This document shows positions 48,301 through 60,300 of a stretch of 64,000 bases of DNA, piece after piece; positions within the stretch are counted from its first letter, which is position 1; every line of letters starts with the position of its first letter. The translations under genes were made by a program, and so were the position numbers. The notes beneath the pieces were generated by a model. The model worked only from the letters and a program-made list of their open reading frames with translations. It ran no database searches and was not told where the DNA came from. The stretch lies in NCBI RefSeq assembly GCF_963921235.1, contig NC_086097.1, positions 182,468,001 to 182,532,000 on the forward strand. Direction: 5' to 3'. This DNA is from Mobula hypostoma. Lineage: Eukaryota.

Positions 48301-51300
48301 GTGTGGTGTGATTGTGAGACCAGGGTGAATGTGGCGTGATTGTGAGACCAGGGTGAGTGTGGTGTGATTTTCTGACCAGGGTGAATGTGGTGTGATTGAG
48401 ACCAGGGTGAGTGTGGTGTGATTGTGAGACCAGGGTGAGTGTGGTGTGATTGTGAGACCAGGCTGAATGTGGCGTGATTGTGAGACCAGGGTGAGTGTGG
48501 TATGTTTGAGAACAGGGTAAGTGTGGTGTGATTGTGAGAATAGGGTGAGTGTGGTGTGATTGAGACCAGGGTGAGTGTGGTGTGAGTGTGAGACCAGGGT
48601 GAGTGTGGTGTGATTGTGAGACCAGGGTGAGTGTGGTGTGATTGTGAGACCAGGATGATTGTGGTGTGATTGTAAGACTGGGATGATTGTGGTGAGATTG
48701 AGACCAATGTGTGTATTTGTGAGACCAGAGAGAGTGTGGTCTGATTGTGAGACCATGGTGAATGTGGTATGATTGTGAGACCAGGGTGAGTGTGGTGTGA
48801 TTGAGACCAGGGTGAGTGTGGTGTGATTGAGACCAGGGTGAGTGTGGTGTGATTGTGAGACCAGGGTGAGTGTGGTGTGATTGAGACCAGGGTGAGTGTG
48901 GTGTGATTGTGAGACCAGGGTGAGTGTGGTGTGATTGTGAGACCAGGGTGAGTGTGGTGTGATTGTGAGACCAGGGTGAGTGTGGTGTGATTGTGAGACC
49001 AGGGTGAGTGTGGTGTGATTGAGACCAGGGTGAGTGTGATGTGATTGAGAGACCAATCAGAGTGTGGTGTGATTGAGACCAGGGTGAGTGTGGTGTGATT
49101 GAGACCAGGGTGAGTGTGGGATGATTGAGACCAGGGTGAGTGTGGTGTGATTGTCAGACCAATCTGAGTGTGGTGTGATTGAGACCAGGGTGAGTGTGGT
49201 GTGATTGTGAGACCAGGGTGAGTGTGGTGTGATTGTGAGACCAATGTGAGTGTAGTGTGATTGAGACCAGGGTAAGTGGGTGTGATTGTGAGACCAGGAT
49301 GAGTGTGGTGTGATTGTCAGACCAATCTGAGTGTGGTGTTATTGAGACCAGGGTGAGTGTGGTGTGATTGTGAGACCAGGGTGAGTGTGGTGTGATTGTG
49401 AGACCAATGTGAGTGTAGTGTGATTGAGACCAGGGTAAGTGGGTGTGATTGTGAGACCAGGGTGAGTGTGGTGTGATTGAGACCAGGGTGAGTGTGGTGT
49501 GATTGTGAGACCAGGGTGAGTGTGGTGTGATTGAGACCAGGGTGAGTGTGGTGTGATTGTGAGACCAATCTGAGTGTGGTGTGATTGAGAGACCAGGGTG
49601 AGTGTGGTGTGATTGTGAGACCAGGGTGAGTATGGTGTGATTGAGACCAGGGTGAGTGTGGTGTGATTGTGAGACCAGGGTGAGTGTGGTGCGATTCAGA
49701 CCAGGGAGAGTATGGTGTGATTCAGACCAGGGTGAGTGTGGTGTGATTGCGACCAGGGTGGGTGTGGTGTGATTGGGAGACCAGGGTGAATGTGGCGTGA
49801 TTGTGAGACCAGAGTGAGTGTGGTATGTTTGAGACCAGGGTAAGTGTGGTGTGACTGTGAGACCAGGGTGAGTGTGGTGTGATTGAGACCAGGGTGAGTG
49901 TGGTGTGATTGTGAGACCAGGGTGGATCTGGTGTGATTTTGTGACCAGGGTGAATGTGGTGTGATTGAGACCAGGGTGAGTGTGGTGTTATTGTGAGACC
50001 AGGGTGAGTGTGGTGTGATTGTGAGACCAGGCTGAATGTGGCGTGATTGTGAGACCAGGGTGAGTGTGGTATGTTTGAGAACAGGGTAAGTGTGGTGTGA
50101 TTGTGAGAATAGGGTGAGTGTGGTGTGATTGAGACCAGGGTGAGTGTGGTGTGAGTGTGAGACCAGGGTGAGTGTGGTGTGATTGTGAGACCAGGGTGAG
50201 TGTGGTGTGATTGTGAGACCAGGATGATTGTGGTGTGATTGTAAGACTGGGATGATTGTGGTGAGATTGAGACCAATGTGTGTACTTGTGAGACCAGAGA
50301 GAGTGTGGTCTGATTGTGAGACCATGGTGAATGTGGTATGATTGTGAGACCAGGGTGAGTGTGGTGTGATTGAGACCAGGGTGAGTGTGGTGTGACTATG
50401 AGACGAATGTGAGTGTGGTGTGATTGTGAGACCAATGTGAGTGTGGTGTGATTGAGACCAGGGTAAGTGTGGTGTGATTGTGAGACCAGGGTGATTGTGT
50501 TGTGATTGTGAGACTGAGGTGATTGTGGTGAGACTGAATCGAATGTCAGTGTGTGTGATTGTGAGACCAGAGTGAGTGTGGTGTGATTGTGAGACCAGGG
50601 TGAGTGTGGTATGTTTGAGACCAGGGTAAGTGTGGTGTGATTGTGAGACCAGGGTGAGTGTGGTGTGATTGAGACCAGGGTGAGTGTGGTGTGAATGTGA
50701 GACCAGGGTGAGTGTGGTGTGATTGTGAGACCAGGCTGAATGTGGCGTGATTGTGAGACCAGGGTGAGTGTGGTATGTTTGAGAACAGGGTAAGTGTGGT
50801 GTGATTGTGAGACCAGGGTGAGTGTGGTGTGATTGTGAGACCAGGGTGAGTGTGGTGTGATTGTGAGACCAGGATGATTGTGGTGTGATTGTAAGACTGG
50901 AATGATTGTGGTGAGATTGAGACCAATGTTTCTGCTTGTGAGAGCAGAGTGAGTGTGGTCTGATTGTGAGACCATGGTGAATGTGGTATGATTGTGAGAC
51001 CAGGGTGAGTGTGGTGTGATTGAGACCAGGGTGAGTGTGGTGTGATTATGAGACGAATGTGAGTGTGGTGTGATTGTGAGACCAATGTCAGTGTGGTGTG
51101 ATTGAGACCAGGGTGAGTGTGGTGTGATTGTGAGACCAGGGTGATTGTGTTGTGATTGTGAGACTGAGGGGATTGTGGTGAGACTGAATCCAATGAGTGA
51201 GTATGGTGTGATTGTGAGACCAGGGTGAGTGTGGTGTGATTGAGACCAGGGTGAGTGTGGTGTGATTGTGAGACCAGGGTGAGTGTGGTGTGATTGTGAG

Positions 51301-54300
51301 ACCAGGGTGAGTGTGGTGTGATTTGAGACCAATGTGAGTGTAGTGTGATTGAGACCAGGTTAAGTGGGTGTGATTGTGAGACCAGGGTGAGTGTGGTGTG
51401 ATTGAGACCAGGGTGAGTGTGGTGTGATTGTGAGACCAGGGTGAGTGTGGTATGATTGAGACCAGGGTGAGTGTGTGTGATTGTCAGACCAATCTGAGTG
51501 TGGTGTGATTTAGACCAGGGTGAGTGTGATGTGATTGTGAGACCAATCTGAGTGTGGTGTGATTGAGAGACCAGGGTGAGTGTGGTGTGATTGTGAGACC
51601 AGGGTGAGTATGGTGAGATTGAGACCAGGGTGAGTGTGGTGTGATTGTGAGACCAGGGCGAGTGTGGTGCGATTCAGACCAGGAAGAGTATGGTGTGATT
51701 CAGACCAGGGTGAGTGTGGTGTGATTGCGACCAGGGTGGGTGTGGTGTGATTGGGAGACCAGGGTGAATGTGGTGTGATTGTGAGACCTGAGTGAGTGTG
51801 GTATGTTTGAGACCAGGGTAAGTGTGGTGTGACTGTGAGACCAGGGTGAGTGTGGTGTGATTCAGACCAGGGTGAGTGTGGTGTGATTGTGAGACCAGGG
51901 TGGATGTGGTGTGATTGTGTGACCAGGGTGAGTGTGGTGTGATTGAGACCAGGGTGAGTGTGGTGTGATTGTGAGACCAGGGTGAGTGTGGTGTGATTGT
52001 GAGACCAGGCTGAGTGTGGTGTGATTGTAAGACTGGGATGATTGTGGTGAGATTGAGAACAATGTTTCTGCTTGTGAGAGCAGAGTGAGTGTGGTCTGAT
52101 TGTGAGACCATGGTGAATGTGGTATGATTGTGAGACCAGGGTGAGTGTGGTGTGATTGAGACCAGGGTGAGTGTGGTGTGACTATGAGACGAATGTGAGT
52201 GTGGTGTGATTGTGAGACGAATGTGAGTGTGGTGTGATTGTGAGACCAATGTGAGTGTGGTGTGATTGAGAGCAGGGTAAGTGTGGTGTGATTGTGAGAC
52301 CAGGGTGATTGTGTTGTGATTGTCAGACCAATCTGAGTGTGGTGTGATTGAGACCAGGGTGAGTGTGGTGTGAATATGAGACGAATGTGAGTGTGGTGTG
52401 ATTGTGAGACCAATGTGAGTGTAGTGTGATTGAGACCAGGGTAAGTGGGTGTGATTGTGAGACCAGGGTGAGTGTGGTGTGATTGAGACCAGGGTGAGTG
52501 TGGTGTGATTGTGAGACCAGGGTGAGTGTGGTGTGATTGAGACCAGGGTGAGTGTGGTGTGATTTTGTGACCAATCTGAGTGTGGTGTGATTGTGAGACC
52601 AGGGTGAGTGTGGTGGGATTGAGACCAGGGTGAGTGTGATGTGATTGTGAGACCAGGGTGAGTGTGGTGTGATTCAGACCAGGGAGAGTATGGTGTGATT
52701 CGGACCAGGGTGAGTGTGGTGTGATTGCGACCAGGGTGAGTGTGGTATGATTGAGACCAAGGTGAGTGTGGTGTGATTGTGAGACCAATCTGAGTGTAGT
52801 GTGATTGAGAGAAGGGTATGTGTGGTATGATTGAGAGACCAGGGTGAGTGTGGTGTGATTGTGAGACCAATCTGAGCGTGGTGTGATTGAGATCAGGGTG
52901 AGTGTGGTGTGATTGTGAGACCAGGGTGAGTCTGCTGTGATTGTGAGACCAATGTGAGTGTGGTGTGATTGAGACAAGGTTAAGTGTGGTGTGATGGTGA
53001 GACTGGGGTGATTGTGGTGAGATTGAGACCAACTTGAGTGTGTGTGATTGTGACACCAGAGTGCGTGTGGTGTGATTGTGAGACCAGGGTGAGTGTGGTG
53101 TGATTGTGAGACCAGGGTGAGTGTGGTGTGATTGTGAGACCAGGGTGAGTGTGGTGTGATTGAGACCAGGGTGAGTGTGGTGTGATTGTGAGACCAGGGT
53201 GAGTGTGGTGTGATTCAGACCAGGGTGAGTGTGGTGTGATTGCGACCAGGGTGAGTGTGGTGTGATTGTGAGACCAGGGTGAATGTGGCGTGATTGTGAG
53301 ACCAGGGTGAGTGTGGTATGTTTGAGACCAGGGTAAGTGTGGTGTGATTGTGAGACCAGGGTGAGTGTGGTGTGATTGAGACCAGGGTGAGTGTGGTGTG
53401 ATTGTGAGACCAGGGTGAGTGTGGTGTGATTGTGAGACCAGGGTGAGTGTGGTGTGATTGAGACCAGGGTGAGTGTGGTGTGATTGTGAGACCAGGGTGA
53501 GTGTGGTGTGATTGTGAGACCAGGCTGAGTGTGGTGTGATTGTAAGACTGGAATGATTGTGGTGAGATTGAGACCAATGTTTCTGCTTGTGAGAACAGAG
53601 TGAGTGTGGTCTGATTGTGAGACCATGGTGAATGTGGTATGATTGTGAGACCAGGGTGAGTGTGGTGTGATTGAGACCAGGGTGAGTGTGGTGTGACTAT
53701 GAGACGAATGTGAGTGTGGTGTGATTGTGAGACGAATGTGAGTGTGGTGTGATTGTGAGACCAATGTGAGTGTGGTGTGATTGAGACCAGGGTGAGTGTG
53801 GTGTGATTGTGAGACCAGGGTGAGTGTGGTGTGATTGTGAGACCAATGTGAGTGTGGTGTGATTGAGACCAGGGTGAGTGTGGTGTGATTGTGAGACCAG
53901 GGTGAGTGTGGTGTGATTGAGACCAGGGTGAGTGTGGTGTGATTGTGAGACCAGGGTGAGTGTGGTGTGATTGAGACCAGGGTGAGTGTGGTGTGATTGT
54001 GAGACCAGGGTGAGTGTGGTGTGATTGAGAGACCAGGGTGAGTGTGGTGTGATTGTGAGACCAGGGTGAGTGTGGTGTGATTGAGACCAGGGTGAGTGTG
54101 GTGTGATTGTGAGACCAGGGTGAGTGTGGTGTGATTGTGAGACCAGGGTGAGTGTGGTGTGATTGAGACCAGGGTGAGTGTGGTGTGATTGTGAGACCAG
54201 GGTGAGTGTGGTGTGATTGAGACCAGGGTGAGTGTGGTGTGATTGTGAGACCAGGGTGAGTGTGGTGTGATTGTGAGACCAGGGTGAGTGTGGTGTGATT

Positions 54301-57300
54301 GAGACCAGGGTGAGTGTGGTGTGATTGTGAGACCAGGGTGAGTGTGGTGTGATTGTCAGACCAATCTGAGTGTGGTGTGATTGAGACCAGGGTGAGTGTG
54401 GTGTGATTGTGAGACCAGGGTGAGTGTGGTGTGATTGTGAGACCAATGTGAGTGTGGTGTGATTGAGACCAGGGTAAGTGGGTGTGATTGTGAGACCAGG
54501 GTGAGTGTGGTGTGATTGTGAGACCAGGGTGAGTGTGGTGTGATTGAGACCAGGGTGAGTGTGGTGTGATTGTGAGACCAGGGTGAGTGTGGTGTGATTG
54601 TGAGACCAGGGTGAGTGTGGTGTGATTGAGACCAGGGTGAGTGTGATGTGATTGTGAGACCAGGGTGAGTGTGGTGTGATTCAGACCAGGGAGAGTATGG
54701 TGTGATTCAGACCAGGGTGAGTGTGGTGTGATTGAGACCAGGGTGAGTGTGGTGTGATTGAGACCAGGGTAACTGTGGTGTGATTGTGAGACCAGGGTGA
54801 GTGTGGTGTGATTGAGACCAGGGTAACTGGGTGTGATTGTGAGACCAGGGTGAGTGTGGTGTGATTGAGACCAGGGTGAGTGTGGTGTGATTGTGAGACC
54901 AGGGTGAGTGTGGTATGATTGAGACCAGGGTGAGTGTGGTGTGATTGAGACCAGGGTGAGTGTGGTGTGATTGTGACCAGGGTGAGTGTGGTGTGATTGA
55001 GACCAGGGTAACTGTGGTGTGATTGTGAGACCAGGGTGATTGTGGTGTGATGGTGAGACTGGGGTGATTGTGGTGAGATTGAGACCAACTTGAGTGTGTG
55101 TGATTGTGACACCAGAGTGCGTGTGGTGTGATTGTGAGACCAGGGTGAATGTGGTGTGATGTGAGACCAGGGTGAGTGTGGTGTGATTGTGAGACCAGGG
55201 TGAGTGTGGTGTGATTGAGACCAGGGTGAGTGTGGTGTTATTGTGAGACCAGGGTGAGTGTGGTGTGATTGTGAGACCAGGCTGAATGTGGTGTGATTGT
55301 AAGACTGGGATGATTGTGGTGAGATTTAGAACAATGTTTCTGCTTGTGAGAGCAGAGTGAGTGTGGTCTGATTGTGAGACCATGGTGAATGTGGTATGAT
55401 TGTGAGACCAGGGTGAGTGTGGTGTGATTGAGACCAGGGTGAGTGTGGTGTGATTGTGAGACCAGGGTGAGTGTGGTATGATTGAGACCAGGGTGAGTGT
55501 GGTGTGATTGTGAGACGAATGTGAGTGTGGTGTGATTGTGAGACCAATGTGAGTGTGGTGTGATTGAGACCAGGGTGAGTGTGGTGTGATTGTGAGACCA
55601 GGGTGAGTGTGGTGTGATTGTCAGACCAATCTGAGTGTGGTGTGATTGAGACCAGGGTGAGTGTGGTGTGATTGTGAGACCAGGGTGAGTGTGGTGTGAT
55701 TGTGAGACCAATGTGAGTGTGGTGTGATTGAGACCAGGGTAAGTGTGGTGTGATTGTGAGACCAGGGTGAGTGTGGTGTGATTGTGAGACCAGGGTGAGT
55801 GTGGTGTGATTGTGAGACCAGGGTGAGTGTGGTGTGATTGTGAGACCAGGGTGAGTGTGGTGTGATTGTGAGACCAGGGTGAGTGTGGTGGGATTCAGAC
55901 CAGGGTGAGTGTGATGTGATTGTGAGACCAGGGTGAGTGTGGTGTGATTCAGACCAGGGAGAGTATGGTGTGATTCAGACCAGGGTGAGTGTGGTGTGAT
56001 TGCGACCAGGGTGAGTGTGGTATGATTGAGACCAGGGTGAGTGTGGTGTGATTGTGAGACCAATCTGAGTGTAGTGTGATTGAGAGAAGGGTGTGTGTGG
56101 TATGATTGAGACCAGGGTGAGTGTGGTGTGATTGTGAGACCAATCTGAGCGTGGTGTGATTGAGATCAGGGTGAGTGTGGTGTGATTGTGAGACCAGGGT
56201 GAGTCTGCTGTGATTGTGAGACCAATGTGAGTGTGGTGTGATTGAGACAAGGTTAAGTGTGGTGTGATTGTGAGACCAGGGTGATTGTGGTGTGATGGTG
56301 AGACTGGGGTGATTGTGGTGAGATTGAGACCAATTTGAGTGTGTGTGATTGTGAGACCAGAGTGAGTGTGGTGTGATTGTGAGACCAGGGTGAGTGTGGT
56401 GTGATTGAGACCAGGGTGAATGTGGTGTGATTGTGAGACCAGGGTGAGTGTGGTGTGATTGAGACCAGGGTGAGTGTGGTGTGATTGTGAGACTAATGTG
56501 AGTGTGGTGTGATTGAGACCAGGGTAACTGTGGTATGATTGTGAGACCAGGGTGAGTATGGTGTGATTGAGACCAGGGTGAGTGTGGTATGATTGTGAGA
56601 CCAGGGTGAGTGTGGTGTGATTGTGAGACCAGGGTGAGTGTGGTGTGATTGAGACCAGGGTGAGTGTGGTCTGATTGTGAGACCAGGCAGAGTGTGGTAT
56701 GTTTGAGACCAGGGTGAGTGTGGTGTGATTGAGAGACCAGGGTGAGTGTGGTGTGATTGAGACCAGGGTGAGTGTGGTGTGATTGTCAGACCAGGGTGAG
56801 TGTGGTGTGATTGAGACCAGGGTGAGTGTGGTGTGATTGTGAGACCAGGGTGAGTGTGGTGTGATTGTGAGACCAATGTGAGTGTGGTGTGATTGAGACC
56901 AGGGTAAGTGTGGTGTGATTGTGAGACCAGGGTGAGTGTGGTGTGATTGTCAGACCAGGGTGAGTGTGGTGTGATTGAGACCAGGGTGAGTGTGGTGTGA
57001 TTGTGAGACCAGGGTGAGTGTGGTGTGATTGTGAGACCAGGGTGAGTGTGGTGTGATTGAGACCAGGGTAAGTGTGGTGTGATTGTGAGACCAGGGTGAG
57101 TGTGGTGTGATTGAGACCAGGGTGAGTGTGGTGTGATTGTGAGACCAGGGTGAGTGTGGTGTGATTGTGAGACCAGGGTGAGTGTGGTGTGATTGTGAGA
57201 CCAGGGTGAGTGTGGTGTGATTGAGACCAGGGTGAGTGTGGTGTGATTGTGAGACCAGGGTGAGTGTGGTGTGTTTGAGACCAGGGTGAGTGTGGTGTGA

Positions 57301-60300
57301 TTGTGAGACCAGGGTGAGTGTGGTGTGATTGTGAGACCAGGGTGAGTGTGGTGTGATTGAGACCAGGGTGAGTGTGGTGTGATTGTGAGACCAGGGTGAG
57401 TGTGGTGTGATTGAGAACAGGGTGAGTGTGGTGTGATTGTGAGACCAATGTGAGTGTGGTGTGATTGTGAGACCAGGCTGAGTATGGTGTGATGGTGAGA
57501 CCAGGGTGATTGTGGTGTGATTGTGAAACCAGGGTGAGTGTGGTGTGATTGTCAGACCAATCTGAGTGTGGTGTGATTGAGACCAGGGTGAATCTGGTGT
57601 GATTGTGAGACCAGGGTGAGTGTGGTGTGATTGTGAGACCAATGTGAGTGTAGTGTGATTGAGACCAGGGTAAGTGGGTGTGATTGTGAGACCAGGGTGA
57701 GTGTGGTGTGATTGTGAGACCAGGGTGAGTGTGGTATGATTGAGACCAGGGTGAGTGTGGTATGATTGTGAGACCAGGGTGAGTGTGGTGTGATTGTGAG
57801 ACCAGGGTGAGTGTGGTGTGATTCAGACCAGGGTGAGTGTGATGTGATTGTGAGACCAGGGTGAGTGTGGTGTGATTCAGACCAGGGAGAGTATGGTGTG
57901 ATTCGGACCAGGGTGAGTGTGGTGTGATTGCGACCAGGGTGAGTGTGGTATGATTGAGACCAGGGAGAGTGTGGTGTGATTGTGAGACCAATCTGAGTGT
58001 GGTGTGATTGAGAGACCAGGGTGAGTGTGGTGTGTTTGAGAGACCAGGGTGAGTGTGGTGTGATTGAGAGACCAGGGTGAGTGTGGTGTGATTGAGACCA
58101 GGGTGAGTGTGGTGTGATTGTGAGACCAGGGTGAGTGTGGTGTGATTGTGAGACCAATGTGAGTGTGGTGTGATTGAGACAAGGGTAAGTGTGGTGTGAT
58201 TGTGAGACCAGGGTGATTGTGGTGTGATGGTGAGACTGGGGTGATGGTGGTGAGATTGAGACCAATGTGAGTGTGTGTGATTGTGAGACCAGAGTGAGTG
58301 TGGTGTGATTGTGAGACCAGGGTGAGTGTGGTGTGATTGAGACCAGGGTGAATGTGGTGTGATTGTGAGACCAGGGTGAGTGTGGTGTGATTGAGACCAG
58401 GGTGAGTGTGGTGTGATTGTGAGACCAATGTGAGTGTGGTGTGATTGTGAGACCAGGGTAAGTGTGGTGTGATTGTGAGACCAGGGTGAGTGTGGTGTGA
58501 TTGAGACCAGGGTGAGTGTGGTGTGATTGTGAGACCAGGGTGAGTGTGGTGTGATTGTGAGACCAGGGTGAGTGTGGTGTGATTGAGACCAGGGTGAGTG
58601 TGGTCTGATTGTGAGACCAGGCAGAGTGTGGTATGTTTGAGACCAGGGTGAGTGTGATGTGATTGAGAGACCAATCAGAGTGTGGTGTGATTGAGACCAG
58701 GGTGAGTGTGGTGTGATTGTCAGACCAATCTGAGTGTGGTGTTATTGAGACCAGGGTGAGTGTGGTGTGATTGTGAGACCAGGGTGAGTGTGGTGTGATT
58801 GTGAGACCAATGTGAGTGTGGTGTGATTGAGACCAGGGTAAGTGTGTGTGATTGTGAGACCAGGGTGAGTGTGGTGTGATTGTCAGACCAGTGTGAGTGT
58901 GGTGTGATTGAGACCAGGGTGAGTGTGGTGTGATTGTGAGACCAGGGTGAGTGTGGTGTGATTGTGAGACCAATGTGAGTGTAGTGTGATTGAGACCAGG
59001 GTAAGTGGGTGTGATTGTGAGACCAGGGTGAGTGTGGTGTGATTGAGACCAGGGTGAGTGTGGTGTGATTGTGAGACCAGGGTGAGTGTGGTGTGATTGA
59101 GACCAGGGTGAGTGTGGTGTGATTGTGAGACCAGGGTGAGTGTGGTGTGATTGAGAGACCAGGGTGAGTGTGGTGTGATTGTGAGACCAGGGTGAGTGTG
59201 GTGTGATTGAGACCAGGGTGAGTGTGGTGTGATTGTGAGACCAGGGTGAGTGTGGTGTGATTCAGACCAGGGAGAGTATGGTGTGATTCAGACCAGGGTG
59301 AGTGTGGTGTGATTGAGACCAGGGTGAGTGTGGTGTGATTGTGAGACCAGGGTGAGTGTGGTGTGATTGTGAGACCAGGGTGAGTGTGGTATGTTTGAGA
59401 CCAGGGTAAGTGTGGTGTGATTGTGAGACCAGGGTGAGTGTGGTGTGATTGAGACCAGGGTGAGTGTGGTGTGATTGTGAGACCAGGGTGAGTGTGGTGT
59501 GATTGTGAGACCAGGGTGAGTGTGGTGTGATTGAGACCAGGGTGAGTGTGGTGTGATTGTGAGACCAGGGTGAGTGTGGTGTGATTGTGAGACCAGGGTG
59601 AGTGTGGTGTGATTGTGAGACCAGGGTGAGTGTGGTGTGATTGTGAGACCAGGGTGAGTGTGGTGTGATTGTGAGACCAGGATGAGTGTGGTGTGATTGT
59701 AAGACTGGGATGATTGTGGTGAGATTGAGACCAATGTGTGCACTTGTGAGACCAGAGAGAGTGTGGTGTGATTGTGAGACCAATGTGAGTGTGGTGTGAT
59801 TGAGACAAGGTTAAGTGTGGTGTGATTGTGAGACCAGGGTGATTGTGGTGTGATGGTGAGACTGGGGTGATTGTGGTGAGATTGAGACCAACTTGAGTGT
59901 GTGTGATTGTGACACCAGAGTGCGTGTGGTGTGATTGTGAGACCAGGGTGAATGTGGTGTCATGGAGAACAGGGTGAATGTGGTGTGATTGTGAGACCAG
60001 GGTGAGTGTGGTGTGATTGAGACCAGGGTGAGTGTGGTGTGATTGTGAGACCAATGTGAGTGTGGTGTGATTGAGACCAGGGTGAGTGTGGTGTGATTGT
60101 GAGACCAGGGTGAGTGTGGTGTGATTGAGACCAGGGTGAGTGTGGTATGATTGTGAGACCAGGGTGAGTGTGGTGTGATTGTGAGACCAGGGTGAGTGTG
60201 GTGTGATTGAGACCAGGGTGAGTGTGGTGTGATTGTGAGACCAGGCAGAGTGTGGTATGTTTGAGACCAGGGTGAGTGTGGTGTGATTGAGAGACCAATC

